Of a stretch of 64,000 nt of DNA, positions 27,190 to 36,748 are shown piece by piece. The DNA comes from Bacteroidia bacterium (GTDB lineage Bacteria > Bacteroidota > Bacteroidia > SXHM01), in NCBI GenBank assembly GCA_022072225.1, contig JAJVIC010000007.1, positions 366,150-430,149 on the forward strand, in the 5' to 3' direction. Numbering within the stretch: the first letter of the stretch is position 1; each line of letters opens with the position of its first letter. The position numbers were made by a program, and so were the translations under genes. The notes below the pieces were generated by a model. The model was given only the letters and a program-made list of their open reading frames with translations, was not told where the DNA came from and made no database searches.

Positions 27190-28986
27190 TTAATTAATGT
27201 ATTCTTTCTTTACTTCCAGCGTCAGGCGGTTGTCGCTCAGCAGTCGCTCACAAAGTGCTGCTGATTTCGGAAGTTCATACAGGAAGAAATAATTCATCGC
27301 AGCCAGTTTGCCTTCATAGAAATTTTTCTCATCACCGTTTGCAGTACCAACTGCTTTTTGTGCTACAATTCCCATTTTAAGCCATTGCCATGCAATAGAT
27401 ACAATTCCTGCGTTTTCAAGAAACAGCGTTGCATCAGCCAGAAAAACTTCCGGAGCTTGTGATTGCGCCAGGCCCATCAGCTTCATCGTTACTTCAGTCA
27501 GTTTTTGCATTGCCTTGGCAAGATTTTCAGCATGTGTTTTCAGACTTTCAATTCCTGCTGCTTCTGCAATGGTTTGATTGATTTCGGCAGCATACAACAT
27601 CAAACCCTGTCCCATTTTCATCGGAATTTTTCTTCCCAATAAATCCATTGCCTGAATTCCTGTTGTGCCTTCGTAAATAGGATTGATTCGCGTATCGCGG
27701 AAATATTGCTCCAGTGGAAAATCATCGCAGTAGCCCGCACCTCCAAGCGTTTGAACCGCTGCGCTGGTGCTGAGCACGCTCATTTCTGACGGATATGCTT
27801 TTGCAATCGGTGTAAGTAAATTCAACAGCAGATTGTATTTTTCTTTTTCCGCACCCTCACTTATTTTTTCCATATCTGAATAATAAGCGCACTGTGTTAC
27901 AAATGAAAGGCATCCTTCGGTAATTGCTTTCTGGAAAAGCAACATGCGTTTCACATCAGCATACTCAATAATCAGTGATTGCGGAACAAGCGGGTCTTTA
28001 TTGGAAACCGGGCGACCTTGCGGACGCTCATTACAATATTCCAGTGAAGCGTGGTAAGCCGCGCTGCAAAGCGCGGTTGACATCATTCCTACGCTGATAC
28101 GCGCACCGTTCATCATCTTGAACATATACGATAGGCCTTTGTGTGGTTCGCCTACCAGCCAACCTTTGCAGTTGTCTGCTTCGCCCATGCTGAGGTGTAA
28201 AATCGGACAACCTTTCATTCCCATTTTTCCGAAAACTCCGGCAGAAATAACATCGTTGTTTACCAGCTTTCCATTTTCAGGTCTGTATTTAGGAACCACA
28301 AAAAGCGAAATACCTTTTACGCCCACCGGACCACCTTTTATTTTTGCCAACATCAGATGCACCACATTTTCAGCACTGTGATAATCACCGGCTGAAATAA
28401 AAATCTTTTGTCCTTTAATAGTGTAAGTGCCGTCAGCATTGGGTTCAGCAGAAGTGGTAATATCACCTAAAGAACTTCCTGCATCAGGTTCAGTCAAGGC
28501 CATAGTGCCTTGCCATTTTCCTGAATCCATGTGGGGCACATACGTTTCATTCAACTCTTTACTTCCGAAAGTGCGAATCAAATCCGAAGAGCCGGTTGTT
28601 AGTCCAAAGTACGAAGCAGCAGAAGTGTTGGCAGCATGAAAAATAAAATTTGCAGCAGCATATAATGTTCCGGGCATTTGTTGTCCGCCTTCTTCTGCTG
28701 AAGCCGGAGCAGCAATCCAACCGCCTTCGCCCATGGCATCCATAATTTTGCGAACATCGTCATGCACGGTAACCACACCGTTTTCAAGGTGAGGTTTTTT
28801 CTTATCCATTTCGGTGTAAATCGGAAAAAACAAATCGTCACCCAATTTCTTGGCGGTATCAATTGTCATGTCAATTACCTCTTTCGTGTAATCCGCATAG
28901 TAAGGATTTTTTGAAAAATTTTCTGCTGCGAAAACTTCGTGAAGCACAAAGCGCAGATTGCGCATGTTTACATATTCTTTTGCCAT
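27190..28986 (-). CDS. acyl-CoA dehydrogenase family protein (long-form, with C-terminal extension)
   Basis: 598 aa; ACAD N-terminal, middle and C-terminal domain motifs (GGxGY..E catalytic region YFRDTRINPIYEGT). Confidence 0.8.
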   Translation of the reverse strand: MAKEYVNMRNLRFVLHEVFAAENFSKNPYYADYTKEVIDMTIDTAKKLGDDLFFPIYTEMDKKKPHLENGVVTVHDDVRKIMDAMGEGGWIAAPASAEEGGQQMPGTLYAAANFIFHAANTSAASYFGLTTGSSDLIRTFGSKELNETYVPHMDSGKWQGTMALTEPDAGSSLGDITTSAEPNADGTYTIKGQKIFISAGDYHSAENVVHLMLAKIKGGPVGVKGISLFVVPKYRPENGKLVNNDVISAGVFGKMGMKGCPILHLSMGEADNCKGWLVGEPHKGLSYMFKMMNGARISVGMMSTALCSAAYHASLEYCNERPQGRPVSNKDPLVPQSLIIEYADVKRMLLFQKAITEGCLSFVTQCAYYSDMEKISEGAEKEKYNLLLNLLTPIAKAYPSEMSVLSTSAAVQTLGGAGYCDDFPLEQYFRDTRINPIYEGTTGIQAMDLLGRKIPMKMGQGLMLYAAEINQTIAEAAGIESLKTHAENLAKAMQKLTEVTMKLMGLAQSQAPEVFLADATLFLENAGIVSIAWQWLKMGIVAQKAVGTANGDEKNFYEGKLAAMNYFFLYELPKSAALCERLLSDNRLTLEVKKEYIN

Positions 28987-29043
28987 AAGTGTTTAAATGA
29001 ATTTCTTAAGTGCCGCAAAAATAGAAAACTAAATAAGTGAAAA

Positions 29044-29541
29044 TTATTTTGCTTTAAAATGAATTTCATAAGTCTTATTATTATAATGCATGATTCTTAT
29101 CTTAAGACTTTGACTTGTTAATTCCTCAAGTGACCACCTACTTCCACCTCTGAACACTGGCCCCAAAGTTTCATTGTTTGAATTTAAAGAAAGAGTAAAA
29201 GAAAAATTTTCCTTATTAAGTAATTCCCATCTTCCCCCTAATGTATTAGGCTCAATGCTTCCAGAATTGCAATCATACCCTATTAAGTAATGATTGCCGG
29301 AGATAATATCAAACTTATAAGTAGCACAATAAGTTGGGTGCTGAGTAAATAGTGCGAGCGAATCAATACCATCAATCTTAAGCGAGTCAATTTCCCATTC
29401 TCTCATCAGTAAATCACAATATCCTGAATCTTCACAAAAACTTGGCTTTTCGCAACTGCTTTGCAGAATGCAAAAGATTAAAATAAAAAAGCCGCTCAGA
29501 ACTGGCAACGAAAACCTATATTCCTTTGAAATGAATTTCAT
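29044..29541 (-). CDS. hypothetical lipoprotein (paralog of 29516-29956)
   Basis: lipobox LQSSC; shares CxxxxREWEID-DG-DSL, HxxYC-Y-F and K-YEIHFK blocks with the upstream paralog. Confidence 0.45.
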   Translation of the reverse strand: MKFISKEYRFSLPVLSGFFILIFCILQSSCEKPSFCEDSGYCDLLMREWEIDSLKIDGIDSLALFTQHPTYCATYKFDIISGNHYLIGYDCNSGSIEPNTLGGRWELLNKENFSFTLSLNSNNETLGPVFRGGSRWSLEELTSQSLKIRIMHYNNKTYEIHFKAK

Positions 29542-29956
29542 AGACTTTATAATTAAAGTATTGTGTTCTCAGCCACATTTCATCATCTGCCAGTCTTATG
29601 ATTTGCCAAGTTGTGGCACCAACCGGACCGTAAGGTTTTCCTAAAGAAAAAGAGAGAGTAGTGTTACCATTTCCCAATTGCCAATTTCCACCATCAGATA
29701 AGATTGAGTCGCATGGGAAGCCTACTAAATAGTATTCACTACCATTATCCGCAAATTCGTAAACAGAGCAGTAGTTATGCTGGCTTTTAAAAACCTCTAA
29801 GGAATCATCTCCATCTACAGTAAGGAATTCAACTTCCCATTTCCCGCATACACGGTCGCATGCAGAACGAAAGCTAATGCCAGGACCTTCTTCATATTTA
29901 CATCCTGTAAATACAATAAGGCTAAACACAAAGAATAAAATACTTTTGCTTTTCAT
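29516..29956 (-). CDS. hypothetical lipoprotein (paralog)
   Basis: lipobox FTGC; tandem duplicate of 29044-29541. Confidence 0.45.
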   Translation of the reverse strand: MKSKSILFFVFSLIVFTGCKYEEGPGISFRSACDRVCGKWEVEFLTVDGDDSLEVFKSQHNYCSVYEFADNGSEYYLVGFPCDSILSDGGNWQLGNGNTTLSFSLGKPYGPVGATTWQIIRLADDEMWLRTQYFNYKVYEIHFKGI

Positions 29957-30002
29957 CTGAATGTAATTTTTCAGAAAAGTATAAAAAATTCAGGATTAAA
30001 AC

Positions 30003-30875
30003 ATGGAAACTATTTTATCAAACAATTTTCTTCGCATAAAAGTAAAAGCAAAAGGTGCTGAACTCAGCAGTATCTTTGATTTACGTGATAACACCGAACA
30101 TCTCTGGCAAGCCGACCCAACGTTCTGGAACTGGCATGCTCCTGTTCTCTTTCCGAAAATAGGCGAGTCGGTAAACGAACAGATTTCTTTTTCAGGAAAG
30201 AAATACAAAATGCCCAAACATGGTTTGGCAAGGCATCTTGATTTTAGTGCAGATAAAATATCAGAGGAGGAATTTGTCTTCACACTTCGCAGCAATGAAG
30301 AAACGCTCAAACAATATCCGTTTCGTTTTTGTTTTCAGATTACGTATGTCTTGGACGAAAATAAACTGCGGAATATTTATACCGTGATTAATGAAGATGA
30401 CAAGCCAATGCCCTTCACCGTTGGCGGACATCCTGCTTTTGCTGTTCCCTTTTTTGCCAACGAAAAGTTGGACGATTATTTTCTTGAATTTGAAAAAAAC
30501 GAAACCATTTCGCGCCATCTGATTGATGCGAATGGCTTGTTCAATGGAGTTACAGAACGTGTGCTGAATAATGAAAAAGCAATTCCGCTTACCAACGAAT
30601 TATTCAACCGCGATGCGTTGATTTTTAAAAATCATATTTCACGCAAGATTTCTATTTGCAGTAAGAACCACAATAAAAAGCTCACTGTTGAGTTTGCAGA
30701 TTTCCCTTACCTCGGCATTTGGGCAAAGCCTGGTGCGCCTTATGTATGCATTGAACCCTGGATTGGCTGTGCAGAAAATGCAGGTAAAGAAATTGACTTC
30801 ACAGAAAAAGAACATTGCAAAACTTTGCAGCCCGGAGAAAAATTCTCTTGTGAGTTTGTTGTTGTGATAGAATGA
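30003..30875 (+). CDS. aldose 1-epimerase (galactose mutarotase-like) family protein
   Basis: 290 aa; beta-sandwich mutarotase-like motifs (HGLARHLDF, VGGHPAF). Confidence 0.55.
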   Translation: METILSNNFLRIKVKAKGAELSSIFDLRDNTEHLWQADPTFWNWHAPVLFPKIGESVNEQISFSGKKYKMPKHGLARHLDFSADKISEEEFVFTLRSNEETLKQYPFRFCFQITYVLDENKLRNIYTVINEDDKPMPFTVGGHPAFAVPFFANEKLDDYFLEFEKNETISRHLIDANGLFNGVTERVLNNEKAIPLTNELFNRDALIFKNHISRKISICSKNHNKKLTVEFADFPYLGIWAKPGAPYVCIEPWIGCAENAGKEIDFTEKEHCKTLQPGEKFSCEFVVVIE

Positions 30876-30880
30876 TTTTT

Positions 30881-30917
30881 CTCTCCCCCTTTGGGGGAGT
30901 TGGAGGGGGCTTTTTTA
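30881..30917. terminator. GC-rich hairpin and T-run (CTCTCCCCCTTTGGGGGAGTTGGAGGGGGCTTTTTT)
   Basis: between the epimerase stop and the mfd start. Confidence 0.4.
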
Positions 30918-30935
30918 TCTTTACCCCGTTTTCTG

Positions 30936-33900
30936 ATGGATTTAGAGGCTGTAAAGAATAGTTTTTCGCAACACCCCCGCATCGCTGAACTGGTTAACTC
31001 GCTTTCGGCAGGGAATACTACGCGCATTCACATAAAAAATCTTGCCGGTTCATCTTCTGCTTTTGCTGCGGCAACTGTTGTTTTGCAAATCCCGAAAACA
31101 CATGTTTTTATTTTACCGGGCAAAGAAGAAGCTGCCTATTTTCTGAATGATATTGAAAACTTTCTCCCCTCTCCTGAGGGAGAGGGCTCGGGGGTGAGGG
31201 CGCTGTTTTTCCCCATGTCATACCGCAGACCCTATAGTGAAGAGGAACAGACCGACAATAGTAATGTGGTGGAACGTGCAGAAACACTGAACAAGCTTAA
31301 CCAGAATTTTGCACGTGCGGTTGTCACGTATCCCGAAGCACTTTCCGAAAAAGTAGTTACACGAAAAGTGTTGGAGAAAAATACCCTGCTGTTGAAAACA
31401 GGCGACACCCACGGAATTGATTTCATCACCGATATATTATTTGAATATCATTTCGAGCGTGTGGATTATGTTTTTCAGCCGGGACAATTTGCTGTGCGCG
31501 GTGGTATTGTTGATATGTTTTCGTTTTCAGGCGAGTATCCCTTGCGCGTTGAGTTTTTCGGAAATACAATTGAAAGCATCCGCAGCTTCGATCCCTCCAC
31601 TCAATTGTCGGTTGCTACTCATGCAAAGGCAACTATTTTGCCTAATGTGCAACAAAGTCTGCTGCACGAAAGCCGCGTTTCCTTTTTAGAGTTTATTCCG
31701 GTTGAAAGTGTAGTGTGGATTACCGATGTAAGAAGTGTTACTTCCGTTTTGGATAAAGAATTAGAATCGGCTAAAGAGGCCTACGCAGCCCTTTCCCTCG
31801 GAGAGGGCCCGGGGGTGAGGCTTTTGCCGCCCGAAGAAAAATATATCAGCGGAAATTATTTTATTGAGAAGTTTAATCAACACAGTGTGGTAGAATTCGG
31901 GCAGGCCGAATATTTTGATGATGTAAAAACGATTGAGTTCAATACTTCGCCACAACCGGCATTCAATAAGAATTTTGAAATGCTGGGCGAGCATTTGCGA
32001 AAGAACACTGCTGCCGGTTTTCAAAATCTTTTAGCGGCAGAAAATCCGAAGCAGGCAGAACGCCTGTATTCCATTTTTGAAGACATGCCAGTGAAAGCAG
32101 GTGAAAAGAAACCTGAATTTACTCCGTTAGTGGTTTCTGTTTCCGAAGGATTTACCGACCACGATTTAAAGATTTGTTTTTACACCGACCACCAGATTTT
32201 TGAACGTTATCACCGTTTCCGGTTGCGCACCGGATTTAAGAAAACAAAGGAAGCGCTTACGTTGAAAGAATTGCACGGTTTAAATCCGGGCGACTATGTT
32301 ACGCACATCGACCACGGCATCGGCAAGTTCGCAGGGCTTGAAAAAATTGATGTGAATGGAAAGATGCAGGAGGCTGTGCGATTGGTTTACCGCGACAATG
32401 ATATTCTGTATGTCAGCATTCATTCGCTTCACCGCATTGCAAAATATTCCGGCAAAGACGGAGCAGAACCCAAAATAAATAAGCTGGGCTCTGCTGCGTG
32501 GCAGGCATTGAAGCTGAAAACAAAATCGAAGGTTAAAGACATCGCCAAAGATTTAATCAAGTTGTATGCACAGCGCAGAGCAAAAAAAGGTTTTGAGTTT
32601 TCGCAGGACAATTATTTGCAGACCGAACTGGAGGCAAGCTTTATTTATGAAGATACGCCCGACCAGATTAAAGCAACTGCCGATGTAAAAAAAGACATGG
32701 AACAGAATTTTCCGATGGACCGCTTAATCTGCGGTGATGTTGGTTTCGGGAAAACAGAGATTGCAATTCGTGCTGCATTCAAAGCAGTCTGCGACAGCAA
32801 GCAGGTGGCAGTGCTTGTTCCAACAACTATTCTTGCCTTGCAGCATTACAAAACTTTTTCTGAGCGTTTGAAAAATTTCCCTTGTCGTGTCGATTACATC
32901 AACCGTTTTATAACTGCGGGACAACAAAAGGAAACACTCAAAAAATTAGAGAAAGGTGAGATTGATATCATCATCGGAACGCATCGCATTGTAAGCAAAG
33001 ATGTAAAGTTTAAAGACCTTGGTTTGTTGATTGTGGATGAGGAACAAAAGTTTGGCGTGGGTGTCAAAGAGAAATTGAAAGCCTTTCGTGTGAATGTGGA
33101 TACGCTTACGCTCACGGCAACTCCAATCCCGCGTACCTTGCAGTTTTCATTGATGGGCGCAAGAGATTTGAGCATTATCAATACACCTCCACCAAACCGT
33201 TTTCCGGTAATTACAGAAGTGCACACGTTCAACGAAGCTACAATTCGCGATGCTATCCGCTATGAGATTGACAGAGGCGGACAAGTCTTTTTTGTAAATA
33301 ACAGAGTCGAAAATATCCGTGAAGTAGCGGGAATGATTTCGCGCCTGTGTCCCGATGTGCGTGTTGGTATCGGGCACGGACAGTTGGAAGGACATCAGCT
33401 GGAAGATGTGATGATGAAATTTATTGAAGGCGAAACGGATGTGTTGATTGCTACTACCATTATTGAATCCGGATTGGATATTTCCAATGCGAACACCATC
33501 ATTATTAACAACGCACAGTATTTCGGGTTGAGTGATTTGCACCAGATGCGGGGCAGGGTAGGGCGTTCCAACAAAAAAGCATTCTGTTATTTATTGGCAC
33601 CACCCAGCGAAATGCTGAGCACCGAAGCAAAGAAACGTTTGCGTGCTATTGAAGAATTTTCGGAACTCGGCAGCGGTTTCAATATTGCCATGCGTGATTT
33701 GGATATTCGCGGAGCAGGAAATTTATTGGGTGCAGAACAAAGCGGATTTATTTCCGACATCGGATTTGAGATGTATCATAAAATTCTGGACGAGGCGTTA
33801 ACAGAATTAAGAATTGAAAATGAAGAATTAAGAATTGAAAATGAAAATAACATCAGACAAAAACATTCTGCATCCTTAATTCCTAATTCTGCATTTGTAA

Positions 33901-34355
33901 AAGATTGCGTGATTGACACCGACATGGCAATTCTTATTCCTGATGACTATGTGAATAATATTACCGACCGGCTCGGGCTTTACCGTGAACTGGATGACAC
34001 GGAAAATGAAAATGAATTAATCGTTTTTGAGAAAAATTTAATTGACCGTTTTGGTCCTTTACCAAAAGAAGCCACTGAATTATTAAACACCATTCGCTTG
34101 CGCTGGATTGCTAAAGAAATTGGTTTTGAGCGGTTGATTTTGAAAAATAAAAAGTTGACAGGCTATTTTATTTCTTCGCCAAACTCACTCTATTTCCAAA
34201 GTGATACTTTTGGTAAAGTGCTTAATTATGTGCAAACGCATGGCAAAGATTGCCGCATGACTCAGAAAGGGGATAAGCTGACGTTGAGTTTTGAGAATGT
34301 GGTTACGATTGGGGATGCAATCAAGTGGCTCAAAGCAATTCTTGTTGTTTCTTAA
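30936..34355 (+). CDS. mfd: transcription-repair coupling factor Mfd
   Basis: about 1,140 aa; UvrB-homology N-terminus; RNAP-interaction domain; superfamily 2 helicase motifs (CGDVGFGKTEIAIRAAF, LIVDEEQKFGV, TATPIPRTL, QMRGRVGRS); TRG/C-terminal domain. Confidence 0.92.
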   Translation: MDLEAVKNSFSQHPRIAELVNSLSAGNTTRIHIKNLAGSSSAFAAATVVLQIPKTHVFILPGKEEAAYFLNDIENFLPSPEGEGSGVRALFFPMSYRRPYSEEEQTDNSNVVERAETLNKLNQNFARAVVTYPEALSEKVVTRKVLEKNTLLLKTGDTHGIDFITDILFEYHFERVDYVFQPGQFAVRGGIVDMFSFSGEYPLRVEFFGNTIESIRSFDPSTQLSVATHAKATILPNVQQSLLHESRVSFLEFIPVESVVWITDVRSVTSVLDKELESAKEAYAALSLGEGPGVRLLPPEEKYISGNYFIEKFNQHSVVEFGQAEYFDDVKTIEFNTSPQPAFNKNFEMLGEHLRKNTAAGFQNLLAAENPKQAERLYSIFEDMPVKAGEKKPEFTPLVVSVSEGFTDHDLKICFYTDHQIFERYHRFRLRTGFKKTKEALTLKELHGLNPGDYVTHIDHGIGKFAGLEKIDVNGKMQEAVRLVYRDNDILYVSIHSLHRIAKYSGKDGAEPKINKLGSAAWQALKLKTKSKVKDIAKDLIKLYAQRRAKKGFEFSQDNYLQTELEASFIYEDTPDQIKATADVKKDMEQNFPMDRLICGDVGFGKTEIAIRAAFKAVCDSKQVAVLVPTTILALQHYKTFSERLKNFPCRVDYINRFITAGQQKETLKKLEKGEIDIIIGTHRIVSKDVKFKDLGLLIVDEEQKFGVGVKEKLKAFRVNVDTLTLTATPIPRTLQFSLMGARDLSIINTPPPNRFPVITEVHTFNEATIRDAIRYEIDRGGQVFFVNNRVENIREVAGMISRLCPDVRVGIGHGQLEGHQLEDVMMKFIEGETDVLIATTIIESGLDISNANTIIINNAQYFGLSDLHQMRGRVGRSNKKAFCYLLAPPSEMLSTEAKKRLRAIEEFSELGSGFNIAMRDLDIRGAGNLLGAEQSGFISDIGFEMYHKILDEALTELRIENEELRIENENNIRQKHSASLIPNSAFVKDCVIDTDMAILIPDDYVNNITDRLGLYRELDDTENENELIVFEKNLIDRFGPLPKEATELLNTIRLRWIAKEIGFERLILKNKKLTGYFISSPNSLYFQSDTFGKVLNYVQTHGKDCRMTQKGDKLTLSFENVVTIGDAIKWLKAILVVS
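31161..31202. repeat. GC-rich mini-element inserted in-frame in mfd (TCCCCTCTCCTGAGGGAGAGGGCTCGGGGGTGAGGGCG, encoding LPSPEGEGSGVRA)
   Basis: second near-identical copy at 31788-31825 (CCCTCGGAGAGGGCCCGGGGGTGAGGCT, encoding LSLGEGPGVRL); both are far more GC-rich than the surrounding mfd sequence. Confidence 0.45.
31788..31825. repeat. second copy of the GC-rich mini-element within mfd
   Basis: 19 of 20 nt identical to the core GAGAGGGCYCGGGGGTGAGG of the first copy. Confidence 0.45.
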
Positions 34356-34370
34356 ACTCGTACGCCAAAT

Positions 34371-34395
34371 GTCACCCTGAGCGTAGTCGAAAGGC
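34371..34395. repeat. REP-A copy (GTCACCCTGAGCGTAGTCGAAAGGC)
   Basis: between the mfd stop and the low-GC islet. Confidence 0.55.
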
Positions 34396-34436
34396 TATTA
34401 TAATATCTTTGCTTCAACACAACTAACTGAAATCTA

Positions 34437-35237
34437 ATGAAAGACTTTTTAGAAGAAAAGAATAATTTCCCGTCTGTTCGAGTTCAAAAATTTATATTGG
34501 CTGAGATAAATAAAGAATACAATCAATCACTTAATGAATCACAAGCAATAATAGAAGTTAAAAATAGGTCAGTTAATATTTTAAAAACAATAAACCTATT
34601 TGTAAAAAAACCAAACCAAAAATCAATTGGAAAGAAAGGGAAAAGCGAAGATTATTTTGAAAATTATTTAAACAAATGGTTTACAAATAAAATTTATAAA
34701 GATTATTCATTCCTACCCAATCCTGATTTTGAACCATTTCAACCTGATTTTATTTATCAAGGGGATAACGATTTACATATAGATATTGAAATCGATGAGC
34801 CGTATGATTTGGAAACAAAGATTCCTCTTCATTACATAGATGATACAGGTAAGCACATCGATGCATTGAGAGATAGTTTCTTTGCAGAACTAAAGTGCTG
34901 GGCAGTTATTAGGTTTTCTGAAGAACAGGTTGTAAGGTATCCAAACGAGTGCTGTAAGGTAATCGCAAATCTTATTGATTTCTTAACAGGTGAAAATGTA
35001 TACAAAATGAAACTTGAAAAAATTGGAGAACTAAAAAAAACAAAAAAATGGACTATTGATGATGCAACAAAGATGTCAGAAATGAATTATCGTAACAGCT
35101 ATTTAAGCCTAATTACTGAAACGGAAGTTGTTAAAAATACATGGAATGAAAAAATTAGGATGGATAATATTCCTTTTAAATTAAGAAAATCCAATCCATT
35201 TAGTTCTTCAAAAGAAGATGTTGACTTACCATTTTAA
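34437..35237 (+). CDS. hypothetical protein with central DUF559/Vsr-like PD-(D/E)xK endonuclease-fold domain
   Basis: 266 aa, low GC; PDFIYQGDNDLHIDIEIDEPYD ... HIDALRDSFFAELKCWAVIRFSEEQVV mirrors the DUF559/Vsr pattern PDF..IEvDG..H...D..RD..L...GW.VLRF...EV; N- and C-terminal extensions have no recognisable match. Confidence 0.5.
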   Translation: MKDFLEEKNNFPSVRVQKFILAEINKEYNQSLNESQAIIEVKNRSVNILKTINLFVKKPNQKSIGKKGKSEDYFENYLNKWFTNKIYKDYSFLPNPDFEPFQPDFIYQGDNDLHIDIEIDEPYDLETKIPLHYIDDTGKHIDALRDSFFAELKCWAVIRFSEEQVVRYPNECCKVIANLIDFLTGENVYKMKLEKIGELKKTKKWTIDDATKMSEMNYRNSYLSLITETEVVKNTWNEKIRMDNIPFKLRKSNPFSSSKEDVDLPF

Positions 35238-35261
35238 ACGCAACAAAAGTTAATATTATTT

Positions 35262-35825
35262 ATGACGATTTATATGGATGCAATTAAGGAACTTCAAAAC
35301 CTCTCAAAAGATGTTTACTCCATAAACCATCTTTACTGGTGGACACTCAAATACGAATACCTTTATAAGCGTGCTAAAGAAACTAAGAATTTAGGTTCTT
35401 GTTATGGTAGTTTACCTTGTGCTTGCACTTCAGATAATCCCGAAAGTATATTCATCAGTTTTTACGAAGGCTTATTTCAGATGACAGAATTTCACAAGCA
35501 TGAAAATTATTTTCAAGAAGAATTGAAGAATTATAATTCAATAGCTGGCGATGAAGAAAAATTAAAAGAATGGGTACTGAAAAATGAAAAACTGGGAACA
35601 GAAGATTTATTCCTTTTCCTTATAAACCATTTAGATTATGATGAAAATTCTTACCACCCAATTGTTGGAATTCATGAAGATAATCTGCCTAACATATTTG
35701 TAAATAGAAACGATTTTAAAAATACAATCGAAGCCTTAGAGATATTCGCAGACCTCTATTGGGATAAAAAGATTTTACCTGAAAATCTAAGGAGGCTAAT
35801 GGAAAATTCCGATTCTAAGAATTAA
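35262..35825 (+). CDS. hypothetical protein
   Basis: 187 aa, low GC; immediately downstream of and co-oriented with 34437; contains a CYGSLPCAC cysteine cluster; no recognisable domain. Confidence 0.45.
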   Translation: MTIYMDAIKELQNLSKDVYSINHLYWWTLKYEYLYKRAKETKNLGSCYGSLPCACTSDNPESIFISFYEGLFQMTEFHKHENYFQEELKNYNSIAGDEEKLKEWVLKNEKLGTEDLFLFLINHLDYDENSYHPIVGIHEDNLPNIFVNRNDFKNTIEALEIFADLYWDKKILPENLRRLMENSDSKN

Positions 35826-35989
35826 CCTTTCTGTCCTTATAGTCCCTTAAGTCCCATTCCATTTCCAAAACTCCTGCCTCCCTCTGTGCCTCCTCATTCT
35901 TCCTCCGTGTAACTTCCCCTCTCCGGTTAAAAAATTCGTTCCAAATCCCCATTTTCCGTGTCATCCGTGTCCCATTTCCCCTCTCCACA

Positions 35990-36376
35990 CACAAAACACC
36001 TCATTTCACCTATAGAAACTCTCATTTAATACTAATCAATTAACACTTTGTGTGTATCAATTAACAGTAAATTCTAATTAATTAATACTCATTTCGTACC
36101 AATTAATAGTAAATGTGTATCAATTAATAGTAAATTCAAATCAATTGCCACTAACTTCTAATCAATTAACTGTAAATGCTAACGAATTACCATTAACTTC
36201 TAATAAATTTCCAATTAATTCGTATCAATTAACTATAATTGCTCCTAAATTAACACTGCAAGTCCCGAAATTGAGAGTGCAGGTAAACAAAATCCCATCG
36301 TAAGTCAAAAAATCCAGCCTCTAACCTCCAACTTCTAACCTCTAACTTCCAATCTCCAACCTCTAACTTCCAAAAC
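35990..36376. promoter_or_regulatory. repeat-dense intergenic region: 6 or more copies of TCAATTAAY(A/T)GTAAAT-like direct repeats, then 4 tandem CTCTAACYTCCAA units running up to the HTH gene ATG
   Basis: copies near 36035, 36054, 36100, 36119, 36162, 36225; CCAYTAACTTCTAAT at 36143 and 36190; 14-15 bp tandem units at 36319-36376. Confidence 0.5.
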
Positions 36377-36748
36377 ATGGCAAACCGCTCCTACACTTCC
36401 AACCTCTTCTTAAACATAGAACATGTCTGCGCAGTCCGCAACATCGACCGGCCTTTCACCTTCCTGCGCAAGCACGGTTTTACCCACAACACCGCCTCAC
36501 AGCTTGTCAACAATGAAGTAAAAGAGATCAACCTCGCCTACATCGAGAAGCTCTGCCTCATTTTTAACTGCACCCCCAACGATTTATTTGATTACTCCCC
36601 TCCCAAAGATGCAGCACAAACAAACAACAACCCGCTCATTGCAATTGTAAAAACCCGCAAACCCGTAAACTTCAACGAGCTTCTCCGCGACATGCCCCTC
36701 GATCAGCTCAAAGAAATTGAAGAAGAAATTCGTAAGCGCAAAGGCTAA
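36377..36748 (+). CDS. XRE-family helix-turn-helix transcriptional regulator
   Basis: 123 aa; IEKLCLIFNCTPNDLFDY resembles the C-terminal end of HTH_3 (Cro/C1-type) domains. Confidence 0.5.
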   Translation: MANRSYTSNLFLNIEHVCAVRNIDRPFTFLRKHGFTHNTASQLVNNEVKEINLAYIEKLCLIFNCTPNDLFDYSPPKDAAQTNNNPLIAIVKTRKPVNFNELLRDMPLDQLKEIEEEIRKRKG

